A stretch of DNA of 64,000 nucleotides, from contig CAKKNE010000002.1 in the NCBI GenBank assembly GCA_918797485.1, positions 6,076,001 to 6,140,000 on the forward strand. The letters are read 5' to 3'. The position numbers and the translations under genes are program-made. The stretch comes from Pelagomonas calceolata. Its lineage: Eukaryota. Below the pieces are notes generated by a model that ran no database searches, was not told the origin of the DNA, and was given only the letters and a program-made list of their open reading frames with translations. Each line of letters opens with the position of its first letter. The stretch's first letter is position 1. Positions 52,641 through 63,201 of this stretch are shown one piece after another.

Positions 52641-53908
52641 GCCGTCCCTCCCCGTCCCCCCCCCGGCCGGTCGCGTCGACTTTCGTTCGGTCAAGTTGAG
52701 CGTTTCCGCGAATACATATTTCCAAGTCCTAATACTAGTAGGCATCTTTCCTTAAAGTTAGACCTGCTGCTTCCCAAACGCCGCCAAAATACCCGTATAT
52801 TTCACTATCAAATATTAATAAACAGAAATCGCCAGCCGAGCCGCCATCAGCTGATGAGGGGCGACGTCGCCGCGAAGACCGCAGGAGCTTATCCGTCTGA
52901 TTTACTAGAAGCAACAAACGCGCACGCCGACCGAGCAGCCGTCCGGCGGATGGCCGGGGGCCATGCACGCGCAGAGGCGATTATTGAAGGTCTCCCAGTC
53001 CTCGTCGTGCTCATGCCAGTGGAACGTGTTGGTGCCCGACGTTCGCCGGTACTCGCGGCCGCAGAGAGGTTGAGGGAAACAGCATTGAAAGTCACGCACG
53101 TACGCGTCTTCGTCAACAGCCCGGAGCGTCGCGCACCAAGGGAAAACCATCAACGCCCACCCGCACCAGACCCCTCTGAGAGAATGGGCCGAGATGCGAC
53201 CTTCGAAGTGTGTCTGGCCGTGCCATTGTCCCCGCTCCATCGGTATTGGCACGACCGGCGTGAATTGCTCCGCCGCCGCGGACGCTTGCAGCCTGAGGAA
53301 TAACGACGGCTTCCTGCATCTCATGTCCGACGACATAACCCTGCACGATCTTTTCCCCTTCGTACACCTCCATCTCTATTGCGGCGGGTGGTGTCTGGGC
53401 TGCTGCCAAAAGGGGCAGCTTATTTACACAAAATGTGCAAGACTCTGCTGTTTTTGCGCAGGTCACGATCTCTTTGGCACCATACCGATTGGCCACGGCC
53501 GCCTGCCGGTGAAATCGGCGCCGCGCGCCTCCTCGTGTTAGTTCCAGGCTCCTGGTGCTCTGGATGCTCTCCCCCCCTAATTTTACCCCCCCCTGCGTCC
53601 ACAGAGCCAAAAAACAAAAAAGAAGGGTCTGATTACCGTGCTCAATACCGGGAGGTCGCCGAATTTGATCGGGCTCGAACCGGTGACCTCAGGCAAGCTT
53701 CCTTCATGGAGAAGGGCATAAGACCTGCACTCTGACCAAATACCCGGACAAGGAGTCCTCTGAGTTAATCGAGCAATAATCAGCGGCCGGCGCACACGCG
53801 TGTAGGAGTGCTGCCAGACCTGCTTTTTCGGCGTTTTTGTGAGATAGGTAGGAACGCAAAAGAAAACCCGGTGGCCCGTAAATCAGTCCGAGGCTGCCAC
53901 AAAACACC

Positions 53909-55764
53909 ATGCCGCCCACCGCGCGCACCCCGCTCGCCCGCCCGCAGCGACCACAGCGATGCTGCCCGCGAAAATTCACGCGCTGCGTAGTAATAACCGC
54001 GGTGTTTGCCGCCATCTCCCTGCTCTTGGCCTGGGAAGTCAAATCGGGCGGCGCCTGGGCGCGGCCGTCGACGTGGCGCGACTACACGTCGTCGCACCAC
54101 AACGCGCGGCTGCGTAGCCTCGAGACGTGGCGCGCGAACGCGACGGCCGAGATCGCCGCGCTGAAGCGGCGCGACGCCGAGCTCTCGGACCGGATAAAAG
54201 CGCTCGAGGGCGGCGGCGGCGGCGGCGCGTCGTCCTCGAAGAGCCTCGAGGAGCGCCTCGCCAAGGACGAAGCCCAAGAGCAGGCGGACGTCAAGACGCT
54301 GCGCAAGGAGACGGACGCGGCCCAGGCCAAAAGCCAGGCCTACACCGACCACCGCGTCGAGGAGTCCGACGCGAAGACGAAGGAACGCGTCGATGGCGTC
54401 GAGGCGGCGCTCGGTCCGCACGGCTGCGTCGCTTATTGTTCCGAGGCGCCTTCACCCGTTCCTCGAGTATCGGACCCCCAACCACGAAACCACACAGGCG
54501 CGTACCAGGAGGAGGCCGGCATCGCAATGGATAGGGAACGCGACCTCGTCTACCACTGGATCGCCGGCACGTTCGCTTTATTATGCTGCGTGATCGCGCT
54601 GGGGGGCATCGTCGCGCACGCGCGCGCGCTCGCGCGGCCCGAGGTCCAGCGCAAGATCCTCGCCTTATTGTGGATGCCGCCGATCTATGCGTTGTGTTGC
54701 TGGTGTTCGCTGCTCTTCCCGCCGTACGCGCCGTTGTTGGCGGTAGGCCGCGACGCGTACGAGGCGTACGCGATCTGGGTGTTTGTTCGAGGCCGGCGTC
54801 CCATTTTTTTGTATCGGCGATCCTTGCGTCGATGGCGTCAATGGCCCCGCCGCGCCGCCGCCGCCGGCTCAACGCGCGCAAAACGCAGGTCGCCTTCCTG
54901 ATCGCGGTGCTCGGCACGACGTCCAACAGCGACGGCGACACGTCGGCCGCGACGAAGTACGCCGTCGTCGTCGCCAAACTAGAAACGGACGACGCGGCGG
55001 GCGAGCACGCGCTGCCGCGCGCCTTCTGCCCGCCCTGCGGCCGCAAGCCGCCTGCCAAGGTGTTCGTGCGGCAGTGCATGCTCGCGGTGATGCAGTTCGT
55101 TTTGTTGAAGCCGCTGCTGGGCGTGGCGGACTACGCGCTTGGTGTGGCGGCGGACGACGCCATTGAACGGCACGACTCCATCAAGTGGGCCGAGCGCGCG
55201 AGGTTAGGGATCTTGGTGCTGCAGAACGTCTCCGTCTCGATCGCACTGGGCGCGTTACTCAAGGTGTACCACGCGACGGCGTACCGACTACGCGAGCACA
55301 ACCCCTGGCCCAAGTTCGTCTGCGTCAAGGGCGTGGTGTTTCTGACCTTCTGGCAGGGGACCGTGATCTGGGCGCTGACGGGCTCGGGCGACACGAAAAA
55401 AATGTTCGCCACGAAGGACGTCGCAGACGCGGTGCAGAACTTCCTGGTCTGCGTCGAGATGTTCGTGGCCGCCGTCGTGCACTCGTACACGTTCGGCCCC
55501 GAGGAGTGGCAGCCGGGCTACGCCGCGGGGCCCGGTCTGGCCGTGAGCGACAACTTCGCGGCCGGCGACTTTTTCAGCGACGTGAAGTACGCCTTCCAGC
55601 GGCAGCGCGCGCGGTCCGCGTCGGATCCGGCCGCGCCGCCGGCGCTCTCGCCCGGGCGTGACGGCGACGGCGACCCGCCCGCCGTCGCGGCAGGCGATGA
55701 CGGCGACGACGACGCGGCGGCGTGGACGCGCGGCGGCGACGGCGACGACGACGCGGTGCCTTGA
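53909..55764 (+). CDS. TMEM184/OST-alpha (Solute_trans_a) family transporter; intron 54785-54888, possible in-frame intron 54423-54497
   Basis: QRKIL.LLWMPPIYA, RDAYEAY.IW.F|VAFL, MQFVLLKP, PWPKFVCVKGVVFLTFWQG, QNFLVCVEMF. Confidence 0.88.
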
Positions 55765-55961
55765 TGCTGTTTCCTTGTTTATTTTGAACTAACTACTGCT
55801 CTCTGTCTTCTCGCATTGATCAGCGCAGAGGCGTCTTAGAGAGGCGTCCCAACCGTTGGACCCAACGCGTGCTTATCTCTCCGCGAGGGTAAGGACAGTG
55901 GACGTCAGTGGGCCGAATAGTCCTAGATAGCTAGTTACGACGGGAGAAGAAGAAGCGACGG

Positions 55962-57131
55962 CTAGCCGCGGCGCGCCGCGGCGCGCTCGGCGCGCGACGG
56001 CTTCGCGCCGACGAGCTCCCCGAGCTTCTTGAAGCGCGCCCGCGAGAAATTGTCCTTGTCCGTCCAGCCCGGCTTGTTCGTGTACGTCAGGTAGAGCGTC
56101 GGCCGCGGCTCGTCGGACTTGTTGCCCATGCCGCGGTGGCCGAGGCGGTAGTCGAAGAGGATCGCCGTGCCCATGCGCGGCGCCGGGTTCACGCAGCGCT
56201 CCTTGACCCAGGCGTCCCGTCCTAATACGTGCGTGCCCTTGCAGAACTCCGTCGGCCCGTTCGAGGCCGAGCCCGGCGGGATCAGGTCCACCAGAGGCAC
56301 GAAGACGTTCACCGCGTGCGGCGGCGCGTGGTTCCTCAAGTTCAAGTGGACGCCGTCCGTATGATAATTCTGGGCCTCGGCGCCGGGCATGGACAGGAAG
56401 ACGCCCGCCGCGATGAGCTCCGGTTTGTCGGTGCCCAGGATCTTGCGCAGCACGGGCTTCCAGTCCGCGGCGCCGTCGACGAAATCGGCAAAGGGCCCCT
56501 CGAACTTCGCCTCGTCGCGCTGCGGGAGGCACGGCGGGTTCAGGTCGAAGCGGCCGCGGCCTCGCTCCCGACACACGTCGAAGCCCGCCTGGAGCTCGTG
56601 GTGCAGGCCCCGCGCCTGCACCGTGCGCAGTACGGCCTCGTAGAACTCGAAGGCCGCGTCGCGTGCGGCCTCGACCGTCTCCTCGCGGACGTAGGGCGCG
56701 TCCATGACCGCGAGGCCGTCCCGCTCAAAGGCCGCGGCGTGCGCCGCGACGGGGTCGTCGCCGGCGCCCTCCGCGGCGGCGGCGATGAGGCGGTCCCGCT
56801 CGCGGTCCGCGGCGACGCGCCGCTCCGCCGCGCGCCGGCTCCGAAACTTGGCCCCGTCGGGCGCGTACCATTGGTGGTACGCCTGGCCCGCCGACCGGTC
56901 GTTCTTGCCCCGGCGCAGGGTCATGACGGTCCAGCCGTCGGGGCACCAGACGCGGCCGTCGTCGACCGTCGGCGCGCCGCCGACGTGCGCCTTTGTGCTC
57001 AGCGAGTCGAGGAGCCGCGCCTTGGCGTCCCCGACGTCCTCGAAGCGGTGCTCCTTGCGGCGGCCGATGTAGCCGGCGCCCCCGCGCTTTGCCGGCGCGG
57101 CGTTCTCGTCCTCGCTGCGGCGCTTCGACAT
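55962..57131 (-). CDS. MBD-like domain + phytanoyl-CoA-dioxygenase (PhyH)-type 2OG-Fe(II) oxygenase
   Basis: PDGWT....RR....SAG.AY..WYAPDGAKFRS (MBD-like); QNYHTDG, NVFVPLVD, NGPTEF..GTH, ILFDYRL.HRG..N, RPTLYLTY. Confidence 0.78.
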   Translation of the reverse strand: MSKRRSEDENAAPAKRGGAGYIGRRKEHRFEDVGDAKARLLDSLSTKAHVGGAPTVDDGRVWCPDGWTVMTLRRGKNDRSAGQAYHQWYAPDGAKFRSRRAAERRVAADRERDRLIAAAAEGAGDDPVAAHAAAFERDGLAVMDAPYVREETVEAARDAAFEFYEAVLRTVQARGLHHELQAGFDVCRERGRGRFDLNPPCLPQRDEAKFEGPFADFVDGAADWKPVLRKILGTDKPELIAAGVFLSMPGAEAQNYHTDGVHLNLRNHAPPHAVNVFVPLVDLIPPGSASNGPTEFCKGTHVLGRDAWVKERCVNPAPRMGTAILFDYRLGHRGMGNKSDEPRPTLYLTYTNKPGWTDKDNFSRARFKKLGELVGAKPSRAERAAARRG

Positions 57132-57464
57132 TGTTTCTGGCAGCTCAAATTAGGCGCGCCAAAAATGGATGCGGTTGCAGCGCCTAAGAGAGCGTTACCG
57201 CTCGCAGCAGCAAACCACAGCCCACAGGTCGTGCTGCACGAACTCTCTACTATCGCTGCAGCGCGTAGTGCGCGTTTGCGTGCCGCGCCAAGCTGTTGCT
57301 TTGAAACCTAGCTCAGAGACATACTAGGCAAGTTCGGAGAGTTATTCCGAGGTAACTCCACTCAGATGAATCGTACTAATATGAAAAACGCGGCCCGAGA
57401 GGAAGGAGGAGGGCCGACGAATCGACGCGCGGTGGCTAGTCAGTCAAACAGGAATTCATTTTAG

Positions 57465-58565
57465 TCAAGACAGCAGCCACTTCCGCAGCGCGTAGTAGAG
57501 CGCCGCGTGGCGCACGGCGTAGAGCCCGAGCGCCGCCGCGGCGCCGCCGGACGCCGCGTCCGCGAGCGTCGCCACGTAGTCCGCCGCGTCGACGCCGAGG
57601 AGCACCAGGAGCGCCGGCGCGAGGACGGCCAGCGCCGCGCCCTCGCCGGCGAGCGGCACGGCGAAGGCGCGCGACCACTCCTCGCCCCGCTGGCGCGCGT
57701 AGCCCGCCTTCCGGAGGCGGCCGTCGAGGTCTCGCAGGTGCGCGACGCCGTAGAGGACGTGCGCATCGCCTTCCGTCGCCGTGACGGCCTGGACGCATTT
57801 TTGATTCCTTTTTCCGATGAGGACGTCGTCCGCCGAGCGGGCGGGCGCCTCGGCGAGGAGCGCTCGAGCGAGGCCTAATCGGGAGAGCGCCCCCGTGTCA
57901 AGCCGGAGCGCGCCGGCGGCTACTGCCCGAGCGGCCGCCTCCGTGTTGACGCTCTTGCCGCCGCCTTGCCAGTCGAGCGCCGCGACCGCGAGCTCCGGCG
58001 CGGGCGCCAGCGCGCACAGGACCCGCGCCGCAGCGGCGCCGAAGGTCACTTCCACGCGCTCTTTCTTGGGCACGTCGCGCGTGAGGTAGCGGAGCTCGGA
58101 CGGCCTCTGCTCCGCGCCGCCGATCTCGGCGCGCGAGAGGTCCGCGACGCGCCAGTCGTTCGCTTTCGCCGTGCCGCCGAGCGCGTCGAGCTGCGGGACT
58201 AAGGAACAGCTCGCCGCGGCGCTCCGCGCGTCGTCCGTCGCCGCGATCGACGTCGTGAGGGCGCCCTTCTCGTCGATGAGCGACGCGTCCACGATCGACT
58301 CGAAGAGCACGCGGCCCTCGATATTTTGAACGTCGCGCCAGTAGGCCTCCTCGGCGACGTGGACGACGCCGCGCACCGTTAGTTTCGCGCCCGCCGGCGT
58401 CGTGTAGGCCCTGGACGCCGTCTCGACGACGAGCCGGTCGTTCTCTCGCGTCGCGCGGATCCACGACGGCGCGGCCACCGCGGCCGGCGACAACCGGGCG
58501 GTGCTGGGACCGATGGCCACGCCGGCGGCTTGCGTTATGTAGAGGAGCGCGAGACGCGGCCGCAT
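57465..58565 (-). CDS. Hypothetical protein, TraB/GumN-like fold possible
   Basis: GVVHVAEEAYW...VLFE, LI.KRN, VLYGVAHL.D; signal peptide and C-terminal TMs. Confidence 0.55.
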   Translation of the reverse strand: MRPRLALLYITQAAGVAIGPSTARLSPAAVAAPSWIRATRENDRLVVETASRAYTTPAGAKLTVRGVVHVAEEAYWRDVQNIEGRVLFESIVDASLIDEKGALTTSIAATDDARSAAASCSLVPQLDALGGTAKANDWRVADLSRAEIGGAEQRPSELRYLTRDVPKKERVEVTFGAAAARVLCALAPAPELAVAALDWQGGGKSVNTEAAARAVAAGALRLDTGALSRLGLARALLAEAPARSADDVLIGKRNQKCVQAVTATEGDAHVLYGVAHLRDLDGRLRKAGYARQRGEEWSRAFAVPLAGEGAALAVLAPALLVLLGVDAADYVATLADAASGGAAAALGLYAVRHAALYYALRKWLLS

Positions 58566-58733
58566 TTTATAAATCCAGAAGAAACCAGGAGAGGCTGCCT
58601 GCTGACTTTTTACGGCGAGTGCTCTCGCCAGCGCTTGCCTCGGCTGTGCTGAGGAGTGTTTGTGACCGATACTTCTTCCGTTAGCCACGCGTCAGGGCGC
58701 TCCTGGTGCGCGAAGCAGCACAAAACGATTCAT

Positions 58734-58757
58734 GCTAATGTCTTACAGGACGCTAGC
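58734..58757. promoter_or_regulatory. Conserved upstream motif in a divergent promoter
   Basis: GCTAATGTCTTACAGGACGCTAGC. Confidence 0.5.
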
Positions 58758-58869
58758 GCGCTACGCACAACAAAACCGACACGGGCTGCCCGATGCACCA
58801 ATGACACCATCGATGATGCCCAAAGGGCAAAACCGATGATATCTCCAGCCATGCGGCGAAAGGGGTAAG

Positions 58870-59730
58870 ATGCACCACCTTTGGTGGTGGGCCCTGCTGC
58901 TCCTCTGCGGGGCAGCATCCCTGGACGACCGACAGCAGTTCGGCAAATTCCTCCAGCAGCTGAAGCGCAAGCCCACACATGGCGAAGGAGGCATCCCGCG
59001 CCTCCTCTTCACGTCGCACCGGACGCCGCGCGCCGAGCTGCCCCCGAAGCTCCGGGAGAACGTGGACGCCTGGCGGCGCCTGAACCCGAGTTTCGCCTTC
59101 CGTTACTTCGACGACGCCGCCCAGTCGAAGTTCATGCGCGAGACCTGTGCAGTGCCGCGCTGCCTCGAGGCTTACGACGTCCTCGTCTCCGGCGCGGGCA
59201 AGGCGGATCTCTTCCGCATCGCGTATCTATACTACGTGGGCGGGTGGTGGGTCGACGCGGATCTCAAGCCGGGGCCCATCGCGGAGAACTGCGACCTCGC
59301 GTACCCGGAGAAGCTCCTGCTCGTGGCGGAGCGCCACGGCATGCCGCGCTTCATGATCTTGGCAGGGAACGGCCACCCGCTGCTAGCCAAGACGCTCGCG
59401 ACGCAGATTGCAAATGTCTTCCGCAACCACAGGCGCAGCCCGGAGAACCGCCGCAACACGTTGTTCGTCACGGGGCCGTCGACGCTTGCGAAGAGCATCT
59501 GCGACGAGCTCGGCGCGGACTTAGGGAGTCCGCACTGCGGCCGGGGCCGCTTCGTGGGCTTCGCCGGCGCGACGAAGCTAGCCCCGTTCGCCGCGCGCGC
59601 CTTCGCCGGCGGCTTCCGCATGGACACGTGCTCCGAGTTCTGGTTCAGCCCCTTCCCCGATTTCGACCACAAGCGCGAGCTGCGGAGCATGAACCTGACG
59701 CACTACAGCCTCCTGCGCACGGCGAGGTAG
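58870..59730 (+). CDS. Glycosyltransferase family 32 (DXD)
   Basis: IPRLL, W..LNP, FDD, KADLFR...LY..GGWWVDAD, TGP. Confidence 0.85.
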   Translation: MHHLWWWALLLLCGAASLDDRQQFGKFLQQLKRKPTHGEGGIPRLLFTSHRTPRAELPPKLRENVDAWRRLNPSFAFRYFDDAAQSKFMRETCAVPRCLEAYDVLVSGAGKADLFRIAYLYYVGGWWVDADLKPGPIAENCDLAYPEKLLLVAERHGMPRFMILAGNGHPLLAKTLATQIANVFRNHRRSPENRRNTLFVTGPSTLAKSICDELGADLGSPHCGRGRFVGFAGATKLAPFAARAFAGGFRMDTCSEFWFSPFPDFDHKRELRSMNLTHYSLLRTAR

Positions 59731-59771
59731 TTCGATTTGTAATTATTACGTTGTACGACAGACAAGAGAAA

Positions 59772-61148
59772 CTAGGCAACATCACCACAGAGCGGCGCCT
59801 CGAGCGGGGCGTCGTCCGGCGCGGGATCGTGGCGCACGTGGTCGGCGGCGGCGCGGCGCGCGAGCAACGCAAAAGCCGCGTAGCCCGCCGCGCACGCGAG
59901 CAGCACGCTGCGGAAGCCGAGCAACAGGCCGACGCGGTCGACGACGCGGCCGCCGACGAGGGGCACGATCGCCTTCATCAGGTTCTGCGCCGCGAACTGG
60001 ATCCCGGACGCGATCGTCGCCGCGTCGCGCGGGCTCGCCGCCAGCACCACGCCGTTGATCGCCGGCGTCGGCAGCGCGCCGAAGAACAAAAAGCCCCAGC
60101 AGAGCGCGATGAAGGGCCAGGGCCGGCCCGGCCCCGCGAGCGGCAGCAGCGCGACGCAGCCGACGGCGCCGAGCGCCGCCGCGCTCACGAAGCTAAGCGT
60201 CGGCCCGAGGCGGTCGTAGCCGCCGATCCGCTTTTCCACGACGTAGGCGCCCACCAGGTTGCCGGGGATGGGCGCCGCGACGAAGACGGCCGACACCGCC
60301 GTCGTCTGCAGCGAGGTCGGCCACGAGGGCGCCTCGCGCGCGGCGACCTGCTTGATGAAGTAGAGCACGAAGCCCACCGTGCCGCAGACGAACGCGCCCG
60401 CGCCGACGGTGCGCGCGACGACGGGCGTCGCCAGCGTCGCGCGGAGCTTGGTGAGGCCGGACCGCTGCGGCGCCGCGGCGCCGAGCAGGCGCTGCGCCTC
60501 GCCGGTGCGGGCCACGTCCATGATCTCGGCCGGGAAGCACGCCGCGGAGACGGCCGCGAGCGCCATGAGCCCGGCCTCGACGAGGTAGAGCCGCGTCCAG
60601 GGTGCGCTCACGGCGCTGCCGATGGCGAAGCCGCAGAGAATGCCGCCGAGCAAACAGACGTTCAGCAGCGCGAGCCAGAGCGGCTTGCGTTTCGACGGCG
60701 CCCTCGCGTCGACCCAGGCGGGGAAGTGCACCGCGGCGCAGCCCCAGCCGAGGCCGCCGAGCGCCCGCGCCGCGACGAGCGCGCGGTAGCTCGGCCGCAG
60801 CGCCGCGGCGGCCGCAGCGACGGCCGGCAGCGCGCACGCGCCCACGAGGACCTTCCGCGCGCGCACGCGCTCGAAGAGCGCCATGGCGATGATGCCCGCG
60901 GGCACGATGCCGTAGTCGGGCGCCGCCGCGACGACGCCCTCCTGCGCGTAGTCGAGGCGCAGGCTCGCGGCGATGCGCGGCATCGCGCTCGAGACGACGC
61001 CGGCCTCGAAGGCGCGGGCCACCGTCGCGGCGCAGGCGAACGCGAAGAAGACGTGCGTGATGACGCTCCGTTTGATGACGACGACGGGCTCCTCCCCTGG
61101 CCCTGGGGGTGGTGCTGCTGCTGCTGCAGCGTCGGCAGTAGGGCTCAT
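59772..61148 (-). CDS. MFS transporter (spinster-like)
   Basis: About 12 TM segments; ARALGGLG, FPAWVD..AP, W...YLVEA.LM. Confidence 0.8.
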   Translation of the reverse strand: MSPTADAAAAAAPPPGPGEEPVVVIKRSVITHVFFAFACAATVARAFEAGVVSSAMPRIAASLRLDYAQEGVVAAAPDYGIVPAGIIAMALFERVRARKVLVGACALPAVAAAAAALRPSYRALVAARALGGLGWGCAAVHFPAWVDARAPSKRKPLWLALLNVCLLGGILCGFAIGSAVSAPWTRLYLVEAGLMALAAVSAACFPAEIMDVARTGEAQRLLGAAAPQRSGLTKLRATLATPVVARTVGAGAFVCGTVGFVLYFIKQVAAREAPSWPTSLQTTAVSAVFVAAPIPGNLVGAYVVEKRIGGYDRLGPTLSFVSAAALGAVGCVALLPLAGPGRPWPFIALCWGFLFFGALPTPAINGVVLAASPRDAATIASGIQFAAQNLMKAIVPLVGGRVVDRVGLLLGFRSVLLACAAGYAAFALLARRAAADHVRHDPAPDDAPLEAPLCGDVA

Positions 61149-61374
61149 TCTTTTTGTTGGCGTTGGCTTTGCTGCGGGTATATTACTACGAAACAGCTGT
61201 ACTATGCTTGCGAGGCGCCCTGCGTAAGTGTTTTTTTCGCGGCGCCGCAGCCCTAATCGAGCTAGTTGTAACCCACTAGATTTACATCCCGCATCCGCTG
61301 GTACGCCTGGTGGAGCTGTCGCTGGGGCAGCGGGCCGCTGCCTAAACACCGCACGCATTCATCTCTGCACAAAA

Positions 61375-63082
61375 ATGGGCAGCCGTGCGGCCCTCGCCAC
61401 ACTTGTGGCATTGGTCCTAGCAACAACCAAAGCGGACGAGGCGTCAAGCGCCGCCGCGCGCGCCGCGTTAGCACGCAGAAAAGGTCTCGAATTGTACGCG
61501 CCGCAGCATCAGATCGAAATGGTCCCGGGAACCGCTCCTGTACCCGGGACGAACGAGACGGCGCGGCTTCTCGAGGCGAAAGCGTGGTTCGAGAAAGCGG
61601 TGGAAGCGGACCCGAGCGACGCCACGAACCACGCATACCTGGGCAACGCCTGCGTGCGCTTGGACGACTTGGAAGGCGCCGAGCGCGCGTACGCGCGCGC
61701 GCTCGAGCGCGACCCCACGAACGCGCGCGTCCTCTCGAACTGGGGCAGCGCGTACGCCAAAATAGGCAACTACGGCCGTGCGGTGGAGCTCTTTGATCAA
61801 GCTGTCAAGCTGACGCCGGAGGATGGCACCCTTGCAAAGAACCGGGACTCGGCCGACATGTTTCTGCGGGTGGAGCAGATGGCCGCCGTCGTGCGAGGTC
61901 ACGGTGACGTGGAGGACCCCTGGGATTTCGCGGGCTTTCTCGCGGGTATCGCTTGTGTGGAAATCAAGTTTCAAATTCCCCCGTGCCAACCTGCGAAACA
62001 TAGGCACCAACTACAGCGAGCGAGGCGAGGTCGCGTTCAAGATGGTCGTCGAGACGTACCCGGACCTGCACGAGAGCGCGCTCGCCCACTTGCGCGCCGC
62101 GACCGCCGCGCGCCCGCTCGGTGCCGCTCACGCCCATGTGCTGGCCAACACGCTGGTCGCCGCGCACATGGCCCGGCACCCGGAGCGGATCCGCCGCGGC
62201 GCCGCGGCGCCCCTGCTCGACGAAGCAACGGCGGTGCTCAACGCGACGTTGAACAATGCGCGCGGCCTGAGCGTCGAGGCCCGGCGGCTGCGGCCCGGCG
62301 GCGGCGCGCTTCGCGTCGTCTGCGTGGCGTCGAGCGAGCGAGCCGAGCTGACGCGGCTCCGCGCCTCCGTGAAACGACTTGGCGCCGAGCTGACCGTACT
62401 GGGTCTCGGCCAGCCCTGGCGGGGTCTGGGCAGCAAGGTCGCGCTGCTCGCGGCGCACCTCGATGCGAGCGGTGTCGCCGCCGACGACTTGATTCTCTTC
62501 CTCGACGCCTACGACGTGCTGCTGCTGCCCGCCGCCGCGCAGTTGCGCAAGCGATTTACAGCGCTCGAGCGGGAAAAGCAGGGCGCCGTCGTCTTTAACT
62601 CCGAGGTGAACTGCGCGCCGGACCCGTCTATGCGTCTCCTGTACGGCCGCCCGGCCGACGGCGCGCCGTTCCGCTTCCTGAATTCGGGTATTTATCTCGG
62701 CCGCGCGCGAGACGTACGCTCCATGCTGGCGGTGGTCGCTGCTGATGTCGAAGCGCACCACGCGTCGTTAGGCGCCGACCCGTACCGCTTCGACGACCAG
62801 CGGTGGTTCAATCGCTTCGCCATCGCATTTCCAGAACGCGTCCACCTGGATGCTCGTGCGAGCTTCTTCCACACGCTGCAAGACATGGACGCGTCCGACT
62901 TTGATATCGTCGACGGCGACCTTGTTTCGAGAATCTCCGAAGCAGCGCCGATGGCGGTCCACGGCAACGGCAACGGCATTACCGCTTTCCACGACCTCTC
63001 GCGGCGCCTGGCCGCGGACCTCGGCTGGCCCGACTCCTCCGACGCGGTCTTCGCGGCGACGACGTCACCGCTCATCAGCTGA
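61375..63082 (+). CDS. TPR + PLOD-type glycosyltransferase domain protein; exons 61375-61945, 62004-63082
   Basis: TPRs (YLGNA...AERAY.RAL..DP; NWG.AY...G.Y..A..LF..A); VLGLG.PW.G...KV, ILFLDAYDV, VVFNSE.NC.P, FLNSG.Y.G, DDQ.WF, HGNG. Confidence 0.82.
61946..62003 (+). mobile_element. 58-nt intron retaining one introner TIR (decayed introner)
   Basis: GT donor followed 8 nt later by TGTGTGGAAATCAA (61954-61967); ends CATAG; splicing joins FLAG-TNYSERG in frame. Confidence 0.7.
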
Positions 63083-63201
63083 TGGCGGCTAGGCTGGTGA
63101 TTTCTGTTTATTAATATTTTATAGTGAAATACGGACATTTTGGCGGGGTTTGGGGCGCAGCCTTGGGGCCCGAAGGGCCCTGGGGCTGGGTGTTGGACAC
63201 A

